Assembly: GCA_026004795.1 (NCBI GenBank)
Contig: BPJV01000001.1
Span: 528,446 to 592,445, forward strand
From: Pirellulaceae bacterium
GTDB taxonomy: Bacteria > Planctomycetota > Planctomycetia > Pirellulales > Pirellulaceae
DNA length: 64,000 nt
Direction of reading: 5' to 3'
The notes under the pieces are model-generated. The model did no database searches, was not told the origin of the DNA, and saw only the letters and a list, made by a program, of their open reading frames with translations. A program made the translations under genes and the position numbers. This document shows positions 47,612 to 57,703 of this stretch, piece by piece (within the stretch, counting starts at the first letter, position 1; each line of letters begins with the position of its first letter).

Positions 47612-49966
47612 TCAATTCGTCCCGGTGGGGGGAGAGCATTGGGGATCGGCCTCGTCCGCTTCCTCGACGATGACAAGATTCCCCAGCACCTCGACCACGC
47701 GTACCGGCGTCCCTTCCTTGATCAACCTCCCCGAACCGACCACGGAAACGATATCGTCGCCGAATTGGGCCTTGCCGGAGGGATTCAACCGCGTAATCGT
47801 CAGGCCAATCTGCCCCAACAAATGATCACGCACTCCGGGTTTCTCGGCCATAGGGTCATCAGGCCCCGCCTGAGGCTGCAAGACCATCCATCGCAACAAG
47901 GGCAATTGCTCCATGTGTTTTTGCATGAACAACAGTCCTACCATGCCCCCGAGCGCCAAGCAGGCCACCCAAAACAGATTGACTGCCACTTCATGCAATT
48001 GCTCCGACGTGGTGGGCCAGATGAAGGTTTGGCTGGCCAAGACAATGGACACGAACACCATGACGAGCCCGCCGATACCGAAGATACCAAAGCCGGGGAC
48101 GACGAAAATCTCGATCGCCAAGGCGATCAGACCACCGAGGAACAGAAGGACTTCCAGCATCTCCACGTTCCCCTGCAGCGCTTCCAACCAAAAGAAGCCG
48201 ACGAAGCAGAGTGCGGCCAGGAACCCTGCGGCTCCCAATCCCGGATTGCCCAACTCCGCCATCAGTGCGAAAAAACCGATCGTCAACAGCAACCTGGGCA
48301 ACCAACCTTGGGATAGGATCGCTTGAATCGTGGCATCCAGCCACGGCATGCTCATCTCCGGCGGTGGGGCCTCCAGCCCGAACGCACTAAGGGCCAATTC
48401 GGGACGGTCTTCAATGCCGTCGATCAACCCGTATCGTTTGGCCACCACCGCATCGATGTGCCCGCCGCTCGCTATCGTTTGCCGCGGAATCCATTTGCCA
48501 GCATCAGGCTGCTGCTGTACCTGCCAATCGGCGAAAATCGCTCGGCGACCAGTATCTTGATGAACATACTCTTGCACCAACACATCGGGGTCAACGAGCA
48601 CTGACAACAAGGGCAGCGGCCGCCCGGTGCGGGTCGCCAGCTCATCGAGGCTGCGCTGCCACGACTCGTTCAGCAGCTGCCCACGATCCTGAGGATCGGC
48701 AGAAAAATCGCACCCCTCGACCATGATGCATTGTCGGCAGGATGCCGGTATCAAGCACACCGGACCGGTCAACGGCTCTCGCACCACCGCCAAGGTATAT
48801 GCCATTTCCGGGTCAAGTTCCGCCAAGTAACCGGCCAGTCGACGTCCATCGGAAAGCTTGATCGTTGCCTGATCGATCCAGAGCACGAATAGGTTGATGT
48901 CCTTCTGTTCTCGATGCTGCTCCATGGCCCGTAGCAACTGGTTCACTCGCGAGGTGGTAAGCTCCCCAACGATCGTAACACCCACCGCACGCCATGGGCC
49001 GGGAGGGCCTGCAACCGTTCGCCACGGGGAATCGATGCCCAACGCGGTAGCCAATTGTGGCAGATCATCGACCGTCCCATCGATCCATCGCCGGCTGCGC
49101 ATCTGAGCACCGGAGAAGGCGGCTAGAGCGCCCCCTGTCCACACCGCCTCATGCCGAATCACCAGGCCATCGTTGCGTAACGCTTCCAGCTTCTCGTCAC
49201 GGACCGTCGCCGTAGAACCATCGGCCAGTTCGACCCAGTGAACTTGCTGCCGAGGATCCAACATGGCCAGCGCCACCGCCTCCGGCAGGGTCCGTCGCCG
49301 CTGGACGATATCACGATAGGCGGCTTCGATCGTCCCGTCGGCGGGTTCATCGATCGCCGCGCGGCCGATCTCCGCTGCCGGGGCGGCATAGATGGCTTCA
49401 CATGCCAGGACTGCCAGAACCGCATGCCCTTCGACGGACTGGGGGACAAAAGCCACCGGTCGAACCCGCGCCGTGATGGGGCTCGTCAAAAACCGCGCCA
49501 AGGCCAGCGCTCGTTCGAATTGGGTTCCCCGCGTGGAGCTGGCCTCTTCCATCGGCGCCCCGCTGAGCGTCGCCAGCGGTTCCGGTACGAACTTGAGCAC
49601 GACGACCGGACGCGGCCCGCGGTCGTCACTGGCCAGCGAGTCGGCAATCTGCTCGATGTGGCGCCGCACGACGCTGTCCCGCGTTCCCACCAACGGCAGG
49701 GGGACCTCTACTACGTAACCTGTTCGCTGAGAAGCCGCCTCGACTTCGAGTTCTTCCTGCCCACGAGCTGCTGTGGCACCACCAACCCAAACGGCCAGCA
49801 TCCACCCCCCAACGATGATCAGTCCATGGGACCAGCAGCGAACACGAAACCGAGGTACGCCCCTCTCCCCACCGGTCGCGACACCGGCCCACGCCATAGC
49901 GCCGCCCCTTGTCGGGCAAGTCTGCGAGAGAAAGCGATGAGGGTGCACCATCTGCAGCGTATCCAT
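47612..49966 (-). CDS. Long NfeD-family protein (tandem ClpP/crotonase-like domains, TM domain, C-terminal OB fold)
   Basis: IEIFVVPGFGIFGIGG TM motif, G.T.T.LNPSGKA C-terminal NfeD motif; start uncertain. Confidence 0.85.
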   Translation of the reverse strand: MDTLQMVHPHRFLSQTCPTRGGAMAWAGVATGGERGVPRFRVRCWSHGLIIVGGWMLAVWVGGATAARGQEELEVEAASQRTGYVVEVPLPLVGTRDSVVRRHIEQIADSLASDDRGPRPVVVLKFVPEPLATLSGAPMEEASSTRGTQFERALALARFLTSPITARVRPVAFVPQSVEGHAVLAVLACEAIYAAPAAEIGRAAIDEPADGTIEAAYRDIVQRRRTLPEAVALAMLDPRQQVHWVELADGSTATVRDEKLEALRNDGLVIRHEAVWTGGALAAFSGAQMRSRRWIDGTVDDLPQLATALGIDSPWRTVAGPPGPWRAVGVTIVGELTTSRVNQLLRAMEQHREQKDINLFVLWIDQATIKLSDGRRLAGYLAELDPEMAYTLAVVREPLTGPVCLIPASCRQCIMVEGCDFSADPQDRGQLLNESWQRSLDELATRTGRPLPLLSVLVDPDVLVQEYVHQDTGRRAIFADWQVQQQPDAGKWIPRQTIASGGHIDAVVAKRYGLIDGIEDRPELALSAFGLEAPPPEMSMPWLDATIQAILSQGWLPRLLLTIGFFALMAELGNPGLGAAGFLAALCFVGFFWLEALQGNVEMLEVLLFLGGLIALAIEIFVVPGFGIFGIGGLVMVFVSIVLASQTFIWPTTSEQLHEVAVNLFWVACLALGGMVGLLFMQKHMEQLPLLRWMVLQPQAGPDDPMAEKPGVRDHLLGQIGLTITRLNPSGKAQFGDDIVSVVGSGRLIKEGTPVRVVEVLGNLVIVEEADEADPQCSPPTGTN

Positions 49967-50132
49967 GGTTGGCCTGAACCGGTCGAAGCAAATCCAGAAG
50001 CGGGCGCTGAGGAACGGATCCAAGGTGGTTGGAAAATCTGGTCGTCCGATCACGCCGTGCCTCTGCCTACAGCGTACCGATTAATAGGCTGAATTGTAGT
50101 CATCATGAGGCGTCGCGGCACCGATTCACCGG

Positions 50133-52553
50133 CTAAGCCCCCGTGGGGCTCCCCTCCGAAGCCTCGGGAGCGGATCCCTGGGTTGCTTGTTCGATCCATC
50201 GCTGCAGCGCCGCAAAATACGCGTCGCAGCGGTGCCACATGCTGCCAGGTATCTCCACCACAGCAGTTTCCGGAACGCTCGACGTCATCACGTTGCCTCC
50301 CACCAGACGGTAGGTGCTCCACACATATCCGGCCACCTCCTGGACCTCCGGAGGTTGATCGTCACCGCACTCCCACTCCAGCTCGACGATCGGCGGGGCA
50401 CTGGCGAAAAGGAGCAAACGCTTGTTCGTGCCAATCAACCACCGCTTCTTGGTCGTCTTCGCCTCGCTCGACCGGCCATCAAGGAGCGATCCCTGCAGCG
50501 TCACGTTGGCGTAGGCGAAGACCGGCACTTCATCCTCGGCCAGATGCAATCGGAGGACACTTAACACGTCCACCGGAGGATAGTCCGCAAGCGCCTCGGC
50601 CCATCGTGTGGCCGCGAACCACCGGCTGAGGGACGAATGCATCAGCGTTTGCAACTTCTCATCGCTCAAGCGAAAGAAGGTAGCTGACTCTTGCACCAGA
50701 TCGTCACCCAATAACGTGTAAGGACGCAAGGTAACATCCCAATCGATGAGGGTGGTGACGAACGCTTCGACCAACGGATCCTCCGCGGCCAGATCGGGGA
50801 GCTCAAAAGTCACTGGCGCGTCATCCTCCAGCTCGGCAAGCATTCTCTCCCGATCGGCAGGCGGAAGACTGGCGGTCATCCGGCTGTGGGCGATCAGCTC
50901 CAACGCGTCGCGATCCGAACGCTGCTTGGCGACGATCAAGAAAGCATACAGCGCACGCACTATCACTTGCCACTTTTCTGCCAGCGTCGGGGACACCGAG
51001 GGACGGATGCTGGTATCCGGAGCGGACGCCGTCGCCGACGGTTGCCTCGGGGATGCCCGGCCAGAGCGGGAAGGACGCCCTGCACCCCCCCTCAACTGCA
51101 ACCGCACTCCTAACCGCTGCTCCGCATCGCGCCGCCAGGCCTCGAGGCGGTCGTGCCCGCGTCCGTGGACGTGCTCCAGGAAGAATTGTTCCAACCGCTG
51201 AGCGATACGCTGTCGCTCTGGACGCGTCAACAGGTAGGATGCCGAGCGCAATCCGGCGGGACGCTGATGCAGTGCCAAGCAGCGCAGCAAATAAATGCGA
51301 TCGTATTCATTGCGCAGCTGCAGATGCGTCAACTCCTGCAACGCCGGGCGCAAAACCTCGCGGGACAATGGAAAGGATGCCACCATTTCTACCAGTTCGC
51401 TGCCATACACCCAGTTGGCATCACGGTAGCGAAAATCGCCACCGTAGATCCCAGCGATTTCATAACCCACCACGCGCACAAGGTTCAACACGAACTCGAC
51501 CGCATGCCGGTCAACGTAGTTGCTGGTCAATTTGGCCAGGCCACGCGACCCTGCCTCGGTCGCCAACCACCAGGTGGCCAACACGATCGGATTACCGCCG
51601 GCGATCCATCGTCCGGCCATCCACACGTAACTACCGTAATTCATATACGGCTGGACGTGCCGATACGTGCCATAGGCCTTGGTGACCTTGCGCACGTACG
51701 TGTATATCGATTGGATGTTGTATTGTTGCACGCGAAAGGGAAGCGTCTCCATCAGGACCAGCAGGTGGAGGCAGATCCGCGACCCGGCGCGCAGCAATTG
51801 CTCCAGGCTCGTCTCCAGCAGGGGATTCTGCGAGTGGGGCTGGTAGACACGCGCCACCGCCAAAATGACCTCCGACAGCTCTCCCCATAACCTGTCCCAC
51901 GAGAACTTCCCGTCCACAGTAAATCGATTGCGACGAATCGACTCGTACAGCCGGCCGGCCTCTTGCTCGAGCAACTCCATGACCAACCGATCCTTTTCCG
52001 CCAAGTCGCGTAGCCGACCGGCGTCGGCACTCGCCTCTGCGCAAGCCACCACCTCCTGCCCATCCTTGCCACTCGCGGCGGTGATCGATGCGGCCTGCAA
52101 GTCGATCGGTTGAGGAAACTCCCGCCCTTCGTGGAACAGCAGCAGTTGCTCGGCCAACTGGCGTCGACGCTTTTCAATGCGTTGCTCTTCTTCCTGCAAT
52201 TGGGAAACCAGCTCTTGTCGCGTCGCTTCCCATTCCTGCTGCCGCCGGCGGAACTGTCGCTCCTGCTCGGCCAGCCGGCTTCGGTGCCGCTGCATCTCCC
52301 GCTGCTGTTGAGCAATCAATTGCTCTCCGAATGAAACGCGGTAGCGAAAGGCAGTAGCGGCCACCGCAGCCATTACAGCGGCAATCCCCATAACCGCCGC
52401 ACTAAGGCGATGGTGCGGCCACGCCCAGAAGGCTGCCATGACTCCCGCCGCCGCAGCTACCCACACGCACGCGGTGGCAAATTTCGCGCGACGCATGGTC
52501 ACTTCGGGAACTTCTTCTGCATTCATCGCTGCGCACCTTCGGGGCGATGGCAA
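50133..52553 (-). CDS. Large hypothetical protein (N-terminal TM hairpin plus coiled coil)
   Basis: 806-aa ORF with no competing long ORF; two N-terminal TMs, then a Q/R/E coiled coil; start may be 52496. Confidence 0.8.
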   Translation of the reverse strand: MPSPRRCAAMNAEEVPEVTMRRAKFATACVWVAAAAGVMAAFWAWPHHRLSAAVMGIAAVMAAVAATAFRYRVSFGEQLIAQQQREMQRHRSRLAEQERQFRRRQQEWEATRQELVSQLQEEEQRIEKRRRQLAEQLLLFHEGREFPQPIDLQAASITAASGKDGQEVVACAEASADAGRLRDLAEKDRLVMELLEQEAGRLYESIRRNRFTVDGKFSWDRLWGELSEVILAVARVYQPHSQNPLLETSLEQLLRAGSRICLHLLVLMETLPFRVQQYNIQSIYTYVRKVTKAYGTYRHVQPYMNYGSYVWMAGRWIAGGNPIVLATWWLATEAGSRGLAKLTSNYVDRHAVEFVLNLVRVVGYEIAGIYGGDFRYRDANWVYGSELVEMVASFPLSREVLRPALQELTHLQLRNEYDRIYLLRCLALHQRPAGLRSASYLLTRPERQRIAQRLEQFFLEHVHGRGHDRLEAWRRDAEQRLGVRLQLRGGAGRPSRSGRASPRQPSATASAPDTSIRPSVSPTLAEKWQVIVRALYAFLIVAKQRSDRDALELIAHSRMTASLPPADRERMLAELEDDAPVTFELPDLAAEDPLVEAFVTTLIDWDVTLRPYTLLGDDLVQESATFFRLSDEKLQTLMHSSLSRWFAATRWAEALADYPPVDVLSVLRLHLAEDEVPVFAYANVTLQGSLLDGRSSEAKTTKKRWLIGTNKRLLLFASAPPIVELEWECGDDQPPEVQEVAGYVWSTYRLVGGNVMTSSVPETAVVEIPGSMWHRCDAYFAALQRWIEQATQGSAPEASEGSPTGA

Positions 52554-52728
52554 TTGGGTGCCGCGTTACCAGCCATTCCCGCGTAAAACCAACATCCCCC
52601 GGCGGTTGCCCCACGCCCCAGAGTGCTTCGCAAGGAAGGTCGCTGCAACTGGCCTGGCGTGCCACAGCCTGGACGATGGGGCTCTAACGCGGAGTGCTGA
52701 CGCTCCTCCCTCTTGTTCAATCTCTTGT

Positions 52729-53736
52729 TCACTCCAGCGTGGGAGGCCGCAACAACTCGGCGATGCGCGGCTCATTCATATTCTCTTGCGTAGCCAGATA
52801 CTCCCCAGTGGAGATAAATGGGGGCGCCTCTTTCCCGCCGATCGCCTCGACCAACGTCTTCACGGACAGGTATCCCATCTGAACTGGATCCTGGAGAACA
52901 ATGCCTGCGCAGGAGCCATCTTTTAACCCTTCGATCAAAGCATCACTGGGGTCGAAGGCAATGAATTCTACCTTGCCGTTAAGCCCCGCATTGCGAAGCG
53001 CCTCCAGCGTTCCGTTGGCGTTCGGCTCGCACACGGCAAAAATGCCGTCCAAATCCTGGCCATACAATTGCAACAGTTGAGTGACCTTCTCTTTGGATGC
53101 CGTCGCATTGTCGCCACCGCGCTGATCGGCCGATACCACCTTGATATTCGGGTACTTCTTGATGCCGTCGAGAAATCCTTGCTCCCGCTGCTCGGTGCTC
53201 TCGCTGCCGGCCAGATAACGCAGCAAGATCACATTCCCTTCCTCTCCAATGGCTTTGGCCAGAGCATCGGCGGCCAACTGTCCCCCCCGGTAATTGTCCG
53301 TTGCCACATAGCTGACGATCTGCGGGCCGGGGGCCAGGCCACTATCAAAAATCACTACGGGAATCCCTTCATCGATCGCTTCCGATACGGCATCGACCAG
53401 CCCTCCTTTCTGATTCGGTGCCAACGCAATCCCATCAACCCCCAAGGTGATCATGCTCTTGACGACCTCGATCTGACTGCCCGTGTCGCTCTCGACGACA
53501 GGTCCCCGCCATATGATCTCGACGTTTCCCAGTTCGTCCGCCGCCTGCTGTGCCCCGTAGTGGACCGATTTCCAGAATTCGTGGCTGGTCCCCTTCGGAA
53601 TGACGGCGATGCGTAACTTCTGTTCCTTTCCGCCGCCACCAGCCCCTGCCTCCATGCCTTGTTCCGAATCCGATCGACAACCGCCGGTCAACAAGGTAAG
53701 CACGGCGATGCCTACGAACAATGCTCTGCGATCCAT
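52729..53736 (-). CDS. Sugar ABC transporter substrate-binding lipoprotein (RbsB/LacI-type PBP)
   Basis: LTGGC lipobox, IAVIPKGTSHEFW, DGIALAP, VATDNYRGG, VLQDPVQMGY; start set at MDRRALF. Confidence 0.9.
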   Translation of the reverse strand: MDRRALFVGIAVLTLLTGGCRSDSEQGMEAGAGGGGKEQKLRIAVIPKGTSHEFWKSVHYGAQQAADELGNVEIIWRGPVVESDTGSQIEVVKSMITLGVDGIALAPNQKGGLVDAVSEAIDEGIPVVIFDSGLAPGPQIVSYVATDNYRGGQLAADALAKAIGEEGNVILLRYLAGSESTEQREQGFLDGIKKYPNIKVVSADQRGGDNATASKEKVTQLLQLYGQDLDGIFAVCEPNANGTLEALRNAGLNGKVEFIAFDPSDALIEGLKDGSCAGIVLQDPVQMGYLSVKTLVEAIGGKEAPPFISTGEYLATQENMNEPRIAELLRPPTLE

Positions 53737-54034
53737 TGGATGCTCCACTAGCTTTCCAGGTTTCCCACGTGATGCGGTCCATGGCAAATGCCACGGTGCG
53801 CCAGAAATCACTTCATTGTACCACGCATGCCCCGGGCATTTGAGACCGTTGTGCGGACGACACGGCACGGCGGCGCGGCGAATGGAAGGGGACGCCGCCG
53901 GTGCGCAAGCTCTTCGAAGGAACTCAGCATCGTTCGCTGACGACAAGCTGTGGCCAGGCCACATGTTCCGCTCCGAGGCGCTATCGGCTGGGCGCGCATT
54001 GGCCAGCCATCCACCGCGCCCGCGGTGCTGCCCG

Positions 54035-56107
54035 TCAGCCGGTTGGCAAGAAGAGGCATCCGGCGTAGCCAACCACCTGCCCCCGCTGTCCGGTAACGTC
54101 GGCGCTGGTGGCATAACCGATCTCCACCACCTGGAACGACTCCTCCAAGTCATGGAGTGTCTGCATGACGAGGGCAGCGGGTACGACCCCACACATGCTG
54201 ATCTCATGCTGCTGACACACCTCGATCAAGTGCTGCGGATCTCCGGTAGCCAGGGCGTCCAGCGCCAGGCGATCGCGCCGTCGATTTTCGGCATCAGGTG
54301 CATAGTGGTTCATATCGCTGGAGATGACCAACAACGGTCGCGGGTGAAGGTCCCGCAGCACCTCGGCCAACTCGGCGGCCGCCGCGCGGATGTCCGGCCA
54401 ACTCGCTCCGGCCAGTGCCAACCCCACCACCTTGCATTGCGGCCCTAGGAACTCGAGAAAGGGGAGCTGTACCTCGATACCATGTTCCTGGGCATGCGCT
54501 GCCGCATCCAATTGCAAAGGTGTCACCTTCGCTGCCAAGGTCTGCATTAGTTCGAAGTCGTTGTCAAAGGCTACCGCTTGGGAAAGGCTCCATTGCGTAC
54601 ACGGACACACGGCCCAATTGATGCCATGACGCGTATGTTTGGGCCCGATGATGACCAGGGTTCGTCCATCCAATCCATCGATTCGTCGCCACACGTCGGC
54701 GGCGATCTTGCCGCTGTACTTCAACCCGGCATGCGGCACCATGGCAGCCAACGGCTGCAGCCGATGGGGCGACGGCCCCTGGAGAAGTCGCTGTACCATC
54801 TCACGACGTGCGGCATCTTGGGCGGGATAGAACTTACCGGCTACCGCGGGCGGTCGCGTTCCTTGCCGAGCTACGGGGGTAGGGCCACTGACGCTGACCA
54901 CTCGCGGCATGGTCGATTGCACTTCCATCGTATGAACGGCCGCATCCCGCGAACCGATGGGCAGCCGTCGGTGCAATTCATCGAGCAGCTCACGGGCACT
55001 ACGCTGCGGATCAAAGGCGAACCCACAATGATTCGCATCGGCAATCATCACTGACCGATAGCCCGAATCGACGCCCTCCAGGTCCGCCTCCAGTCCGAAC
55101 CCGTGCATGCAGGGCTCGGTACCGATGGTCAATCCCACGCGCAGTTCTCCGACAAAACCCTGTCGCTGAAACATGACGGCCGTCTGTTGGCACATTTGAT
55201 AGAGAGTGGCCTGGAGGGGAATTCCCGGCCGAATGGACACTTGCACGGCATTGGCTTGTTGTGTCTCCTTATTCTCGGACGCCATCCATTGTAAACTCAG
55301 CACGAGCGCATGGACGGTCAGGTCGGGCAGGTGAGGAACAACGTAGCTCGGCGTGCCCCCGGTGGCCAGGGCAACGATGTTTTCGCCCGCCACCCGCGCG
55401 TACTCGGCGAGCTGCTCATCGGATAGGGGGGGATTTTTCCGCGACGGCAAGTCTTCGGGCAAGTAGTTCGCTACAGCGCCGTCGATCGAATAACCTTCGA
55501 AGACGAACAAATTCGTGTCGTCCCCCTCCCACGCACCAATCGGCAATCCCGCCTTTTCGCACACTGCCTCCAGAAACCGCTCGGCATTCCATCCTCGTTC
55601 CACCGCCACGCTGGGCAGGAGCAACCCCGTTTGCTTTCCGCGCTGAATGATCAAACCGTGCCGTCCCACCTCCACGGCTTCCATCCGCTGGTGGCCTTTC
55701 ACTCTAACGCGTCGCGCCGGCCCCAGCAGCGTGATGGAGATCGACAGGTATGGCAGTTCACCCAGCGCCACTGCCGCCATCCGTTTATCCTCCCGGACCG
55801 TCTTCCGCGCCGCCTCTGCCACCGCCTCCCCGAGCCGCATGGGCTGGCCCAGGACGCCGCAGCACCCGCGCAACAAGTCCCCGCGCTTCAACGTTACAAA
55901 CGCTCCCATCACCGTTTCCTTGGCCAACGGACCGAGCACTCCGTCGGGCGGATCCATTGGCCGACCGAGGACGGCGGCAGTGACCCACTGCGCCGCGGCC
56001 GCGACGAGCTCCCGACGCTGTGCCTCGGTGAGGGTGTGGAATTGCAGTACGGAGTCAGCGCGACCGGTAGTAGCCCCAGTGGAGCGCGTCGGCAACGAAT
56101 CAGCCAT
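54035..56107 (-). CDS. AMMECR1 (AmmeMemoRadiSam A)-Memo (B) fusion protein
   Basis: GAFVTLK...LRGCCG and GLLLPSVA AMMECR1 motifs; degenerate second AMMECR1-like unit; PAVAGKFYP, PHAG, EHGIEVQLPFL, SSDMNHY, ISMCG Memo motifs. Confidence 0.9.
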   Translation of the reverse strand: MADSLPTRSTGATTGRADSVLQFHTLTEAQRRELVAAAAQWVTAAVLGRPMDPPDGVLGPLAKETVMGAFVTLKRGDLLRGCCGVLGQPMRLGEAVAEAARKTVREDKRMAAVALGELPYLSISITLLGPARRVRVKGHQRMEAVEVGRHGLIIQRGKQTGLLLPSVAVERGWNAERFLEAVCEKAGLPIGAWEGDDTNLFVFEGYSIDGAVANYLPEDLPSRKNPPLSDEQLAEYARVAGENIVALATGGTPSYVVPHLPDLTVHALVLSLQWMASENKETQQANAVQVSIRPGIPLQATLYQMCQQTAVMFQRQGFVGELRVGLTIGTEPCMHGFGLEADLEGVDSGYRSVMIADANHCGFAFDPQRSARELLDELHRRLPIGSRDAAVHTMEVQSTMPRVVSVSGPTPVARQGTRPPAVAGKFYPAQDAARREMVQRLLQGPSPHRLQPLAAMVPHAGLKYSGKIAADVWRRIDGLDGRTLVIIGPKHTRHGINWAVCPCTQWSLSQAVAFDNDFELMQTLAAKVTPLQLDAAAHAQEHGIEVQLPFLEFLGPQCKVVGLALAGASWPDIRAAAAELAEVLRDLHPRPLLVISSDMNHYAPDAENRRRDRLALDALATGDPQHLIEVCQQHEISMCGVVPAALVMQTLHDLEESFQVVEIGYATSADVTGQRGQVVGYAGCLFLPTG

Positions 56108-56229
56108 GAAGATCCCCCAATCGGCATGAGAGGCAATGGACGTTCCGCCGAGCAGCAATCCAACTTGCCGGCGAGCACGAACAGACAGCCGCCGAGTTTC
56201 GCAGGAAACGACTGCCGGGGCAATCTCAG

Positions 56230-57600
56230 TCAGTGCTCCAGCGAACGCACGAATTCCTGGTCGGCCGCACTCAACCGCACAATCGGTACGGTGATCTGTT
56301 CGCCATTTTCCTTACGCAGTGCCACCGAAGCATCATCGACGCGCACCAAAGACGCCGTGACGCTGAATCGGCCGGTACTATCGCGCCATAGACGCGGCGC
56401 GGCAACGGTATTGGTTCCCTTCTTGGCAGCCTCCTTACTCCACTGCGCCGCGGATTTCTCCCGCAGTTCGGCCATCATCGCTTGGATCGATGCGGGAGAA
56501 TTGCTGCCCGCCAAATCGATGTCAGACATTTCAAAGGGAATCAATCGGGGTTGCCCGGTGATGGTCAGCACCGTAATGGTCAGTTTTTCAAAGTCGCGTA
56601 CATTGGGAAAGAACAACCGGATGGCCTGGACGTCCGTAGTGGCATTGATGCGCGCGGTTCGCGACGTCGCCAGCCCTTGGTCCCGCATGAGCACCCTAAG
56701 TCTAGTGGCGAATTGGGCTTTCAAGGTACGAGAGACGGAAAGCGCACCGTAGGCGGAGGCGGCCACGCGCTCACCAGTGGAAGTTTCGACGGCAGCCGTG
56801 AAATGCTGCATACCTCCCTCTTGCATCTGGCGCCGGAGATCTGTGGCATCTCGGCGAGCGGCTGATGCCTCTCGCCCCTGGCCATTCGAACCTCCCGGAG
56901 TAATCGTCGTGCCCAGTAGATCGATGCCCAACCCCTGCGGTTCCACTTGCACTTGCGTGACCGAAAAACCGCCGTAGCCGTCGCCGGCCAGCTCGCCACG
57001 CATCATTTCTTCCTTCGTGAAGTGGTACTCGCTGGTTTCTTGCGGTACTTCCACCAGAAATCCTTCCAGGCGGCTCAAGCGTGTGGTGTCGCGCGGAAGA
57101 CTGATTTCCAGTGGCCTCAGATCATAGTTCCAATCGTCGAGATGACATACTTCAGCAAGTGGAGTCTCCATGAAAGTTGGCCAGACGCTGAACTGTTCAC
57201 CTGATTCGGTGGACAGACGATACGCGGACGCGAAATAGAACGCTTTGTTCGGCAGGAGTCCGTTGAGATCGCGTACGACGAAACCAAGCAGCCATTCGTC
57301 CTTGAAACCGCGGGGGGATTCACTTTTCCACGTCGGGATCCCCTGGGGGGTCTGCATCGTTCTCTCCGCTTCCATGGCGAAGGGCAGGAACATGGGAGAG
57401 GTGGCGATTAACGGGCGGGAGGATTTCTCCGCCACGAACAATTCGATGCGATAGTCTCCAGCCTGGCTCGTCGCCAATGGACGCGGCGGCCCGCCGCTTT
57501 GACCTGCTGCAGAAAGTAACCCGAGGGATGTCGTACTGACGAGGAAAGTCAAGGTCGAGGTCCAGACCGAGATCGTGTGGCGAATTCGGGGCGTTACCAT
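56230..57600 (-). CDS. Exported hypothetical protein with C-terminal SHD1 domain
   Basis: Signal-like N-terminus; RLWRDSTGRFSVTA...VALRKENG..ITVPIVRLSAADQEFV. Confidence 0.75.
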   Translation of the reverse strand: MVTPRIRHTISVWTSTLTFLVSTTSLGLLSAAGQSGGPPRPLATSQAGDYRIELFVAEKSSRPLIATSPMFLPFAMEAERTMQTPQGIPTWKSESPRGFKDEWLLGFVVRDLNGLLPNKAFYFASAYRLSTESGEQFSVWPTFMETPLAEVCHLDDWNYDLRPLEISLPRDTTRLSRLEGFLVEVPQETSEYHFTKEEMMRGELAGDGYGGFSVTQVQVEPQGLGIDLLGTTITPGGSNGQGREASAARRDATDLRRQMQEGGMQHFTAAVETSTGERVAASAYGALSVSRTLKAQFATRLRVLMRDQGLATSRTARINATTDVQAIRLFFPNVRDFEKLTITVLTITGQPRLIPFEMSDIDLAGSNSPASIQAMMAELREKSAAQWSKEAAKKGTNTVAAPRLWRDSTGRFSVTASLVRVDDASVALRKENGEQITVPIVRLSAADQEFVRSLEH

Positions 57601-57703
57601 ATTCCTTTACTCCCACAAGACAACCATTGCCTACTCAACTCCGCGACGGTTGCCGAGCGACGGCGCCGTCAATCCGTAACCAGAAAAGAAAAGACGCCGT
57701 CTA

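Noticed and set aside
57541-57551. GAGGAAAGTC resembling the RNase P RNA conserved motif
   Set aside because: It lies antisense within a coding gene and the other RNase P conserved regions are absent.
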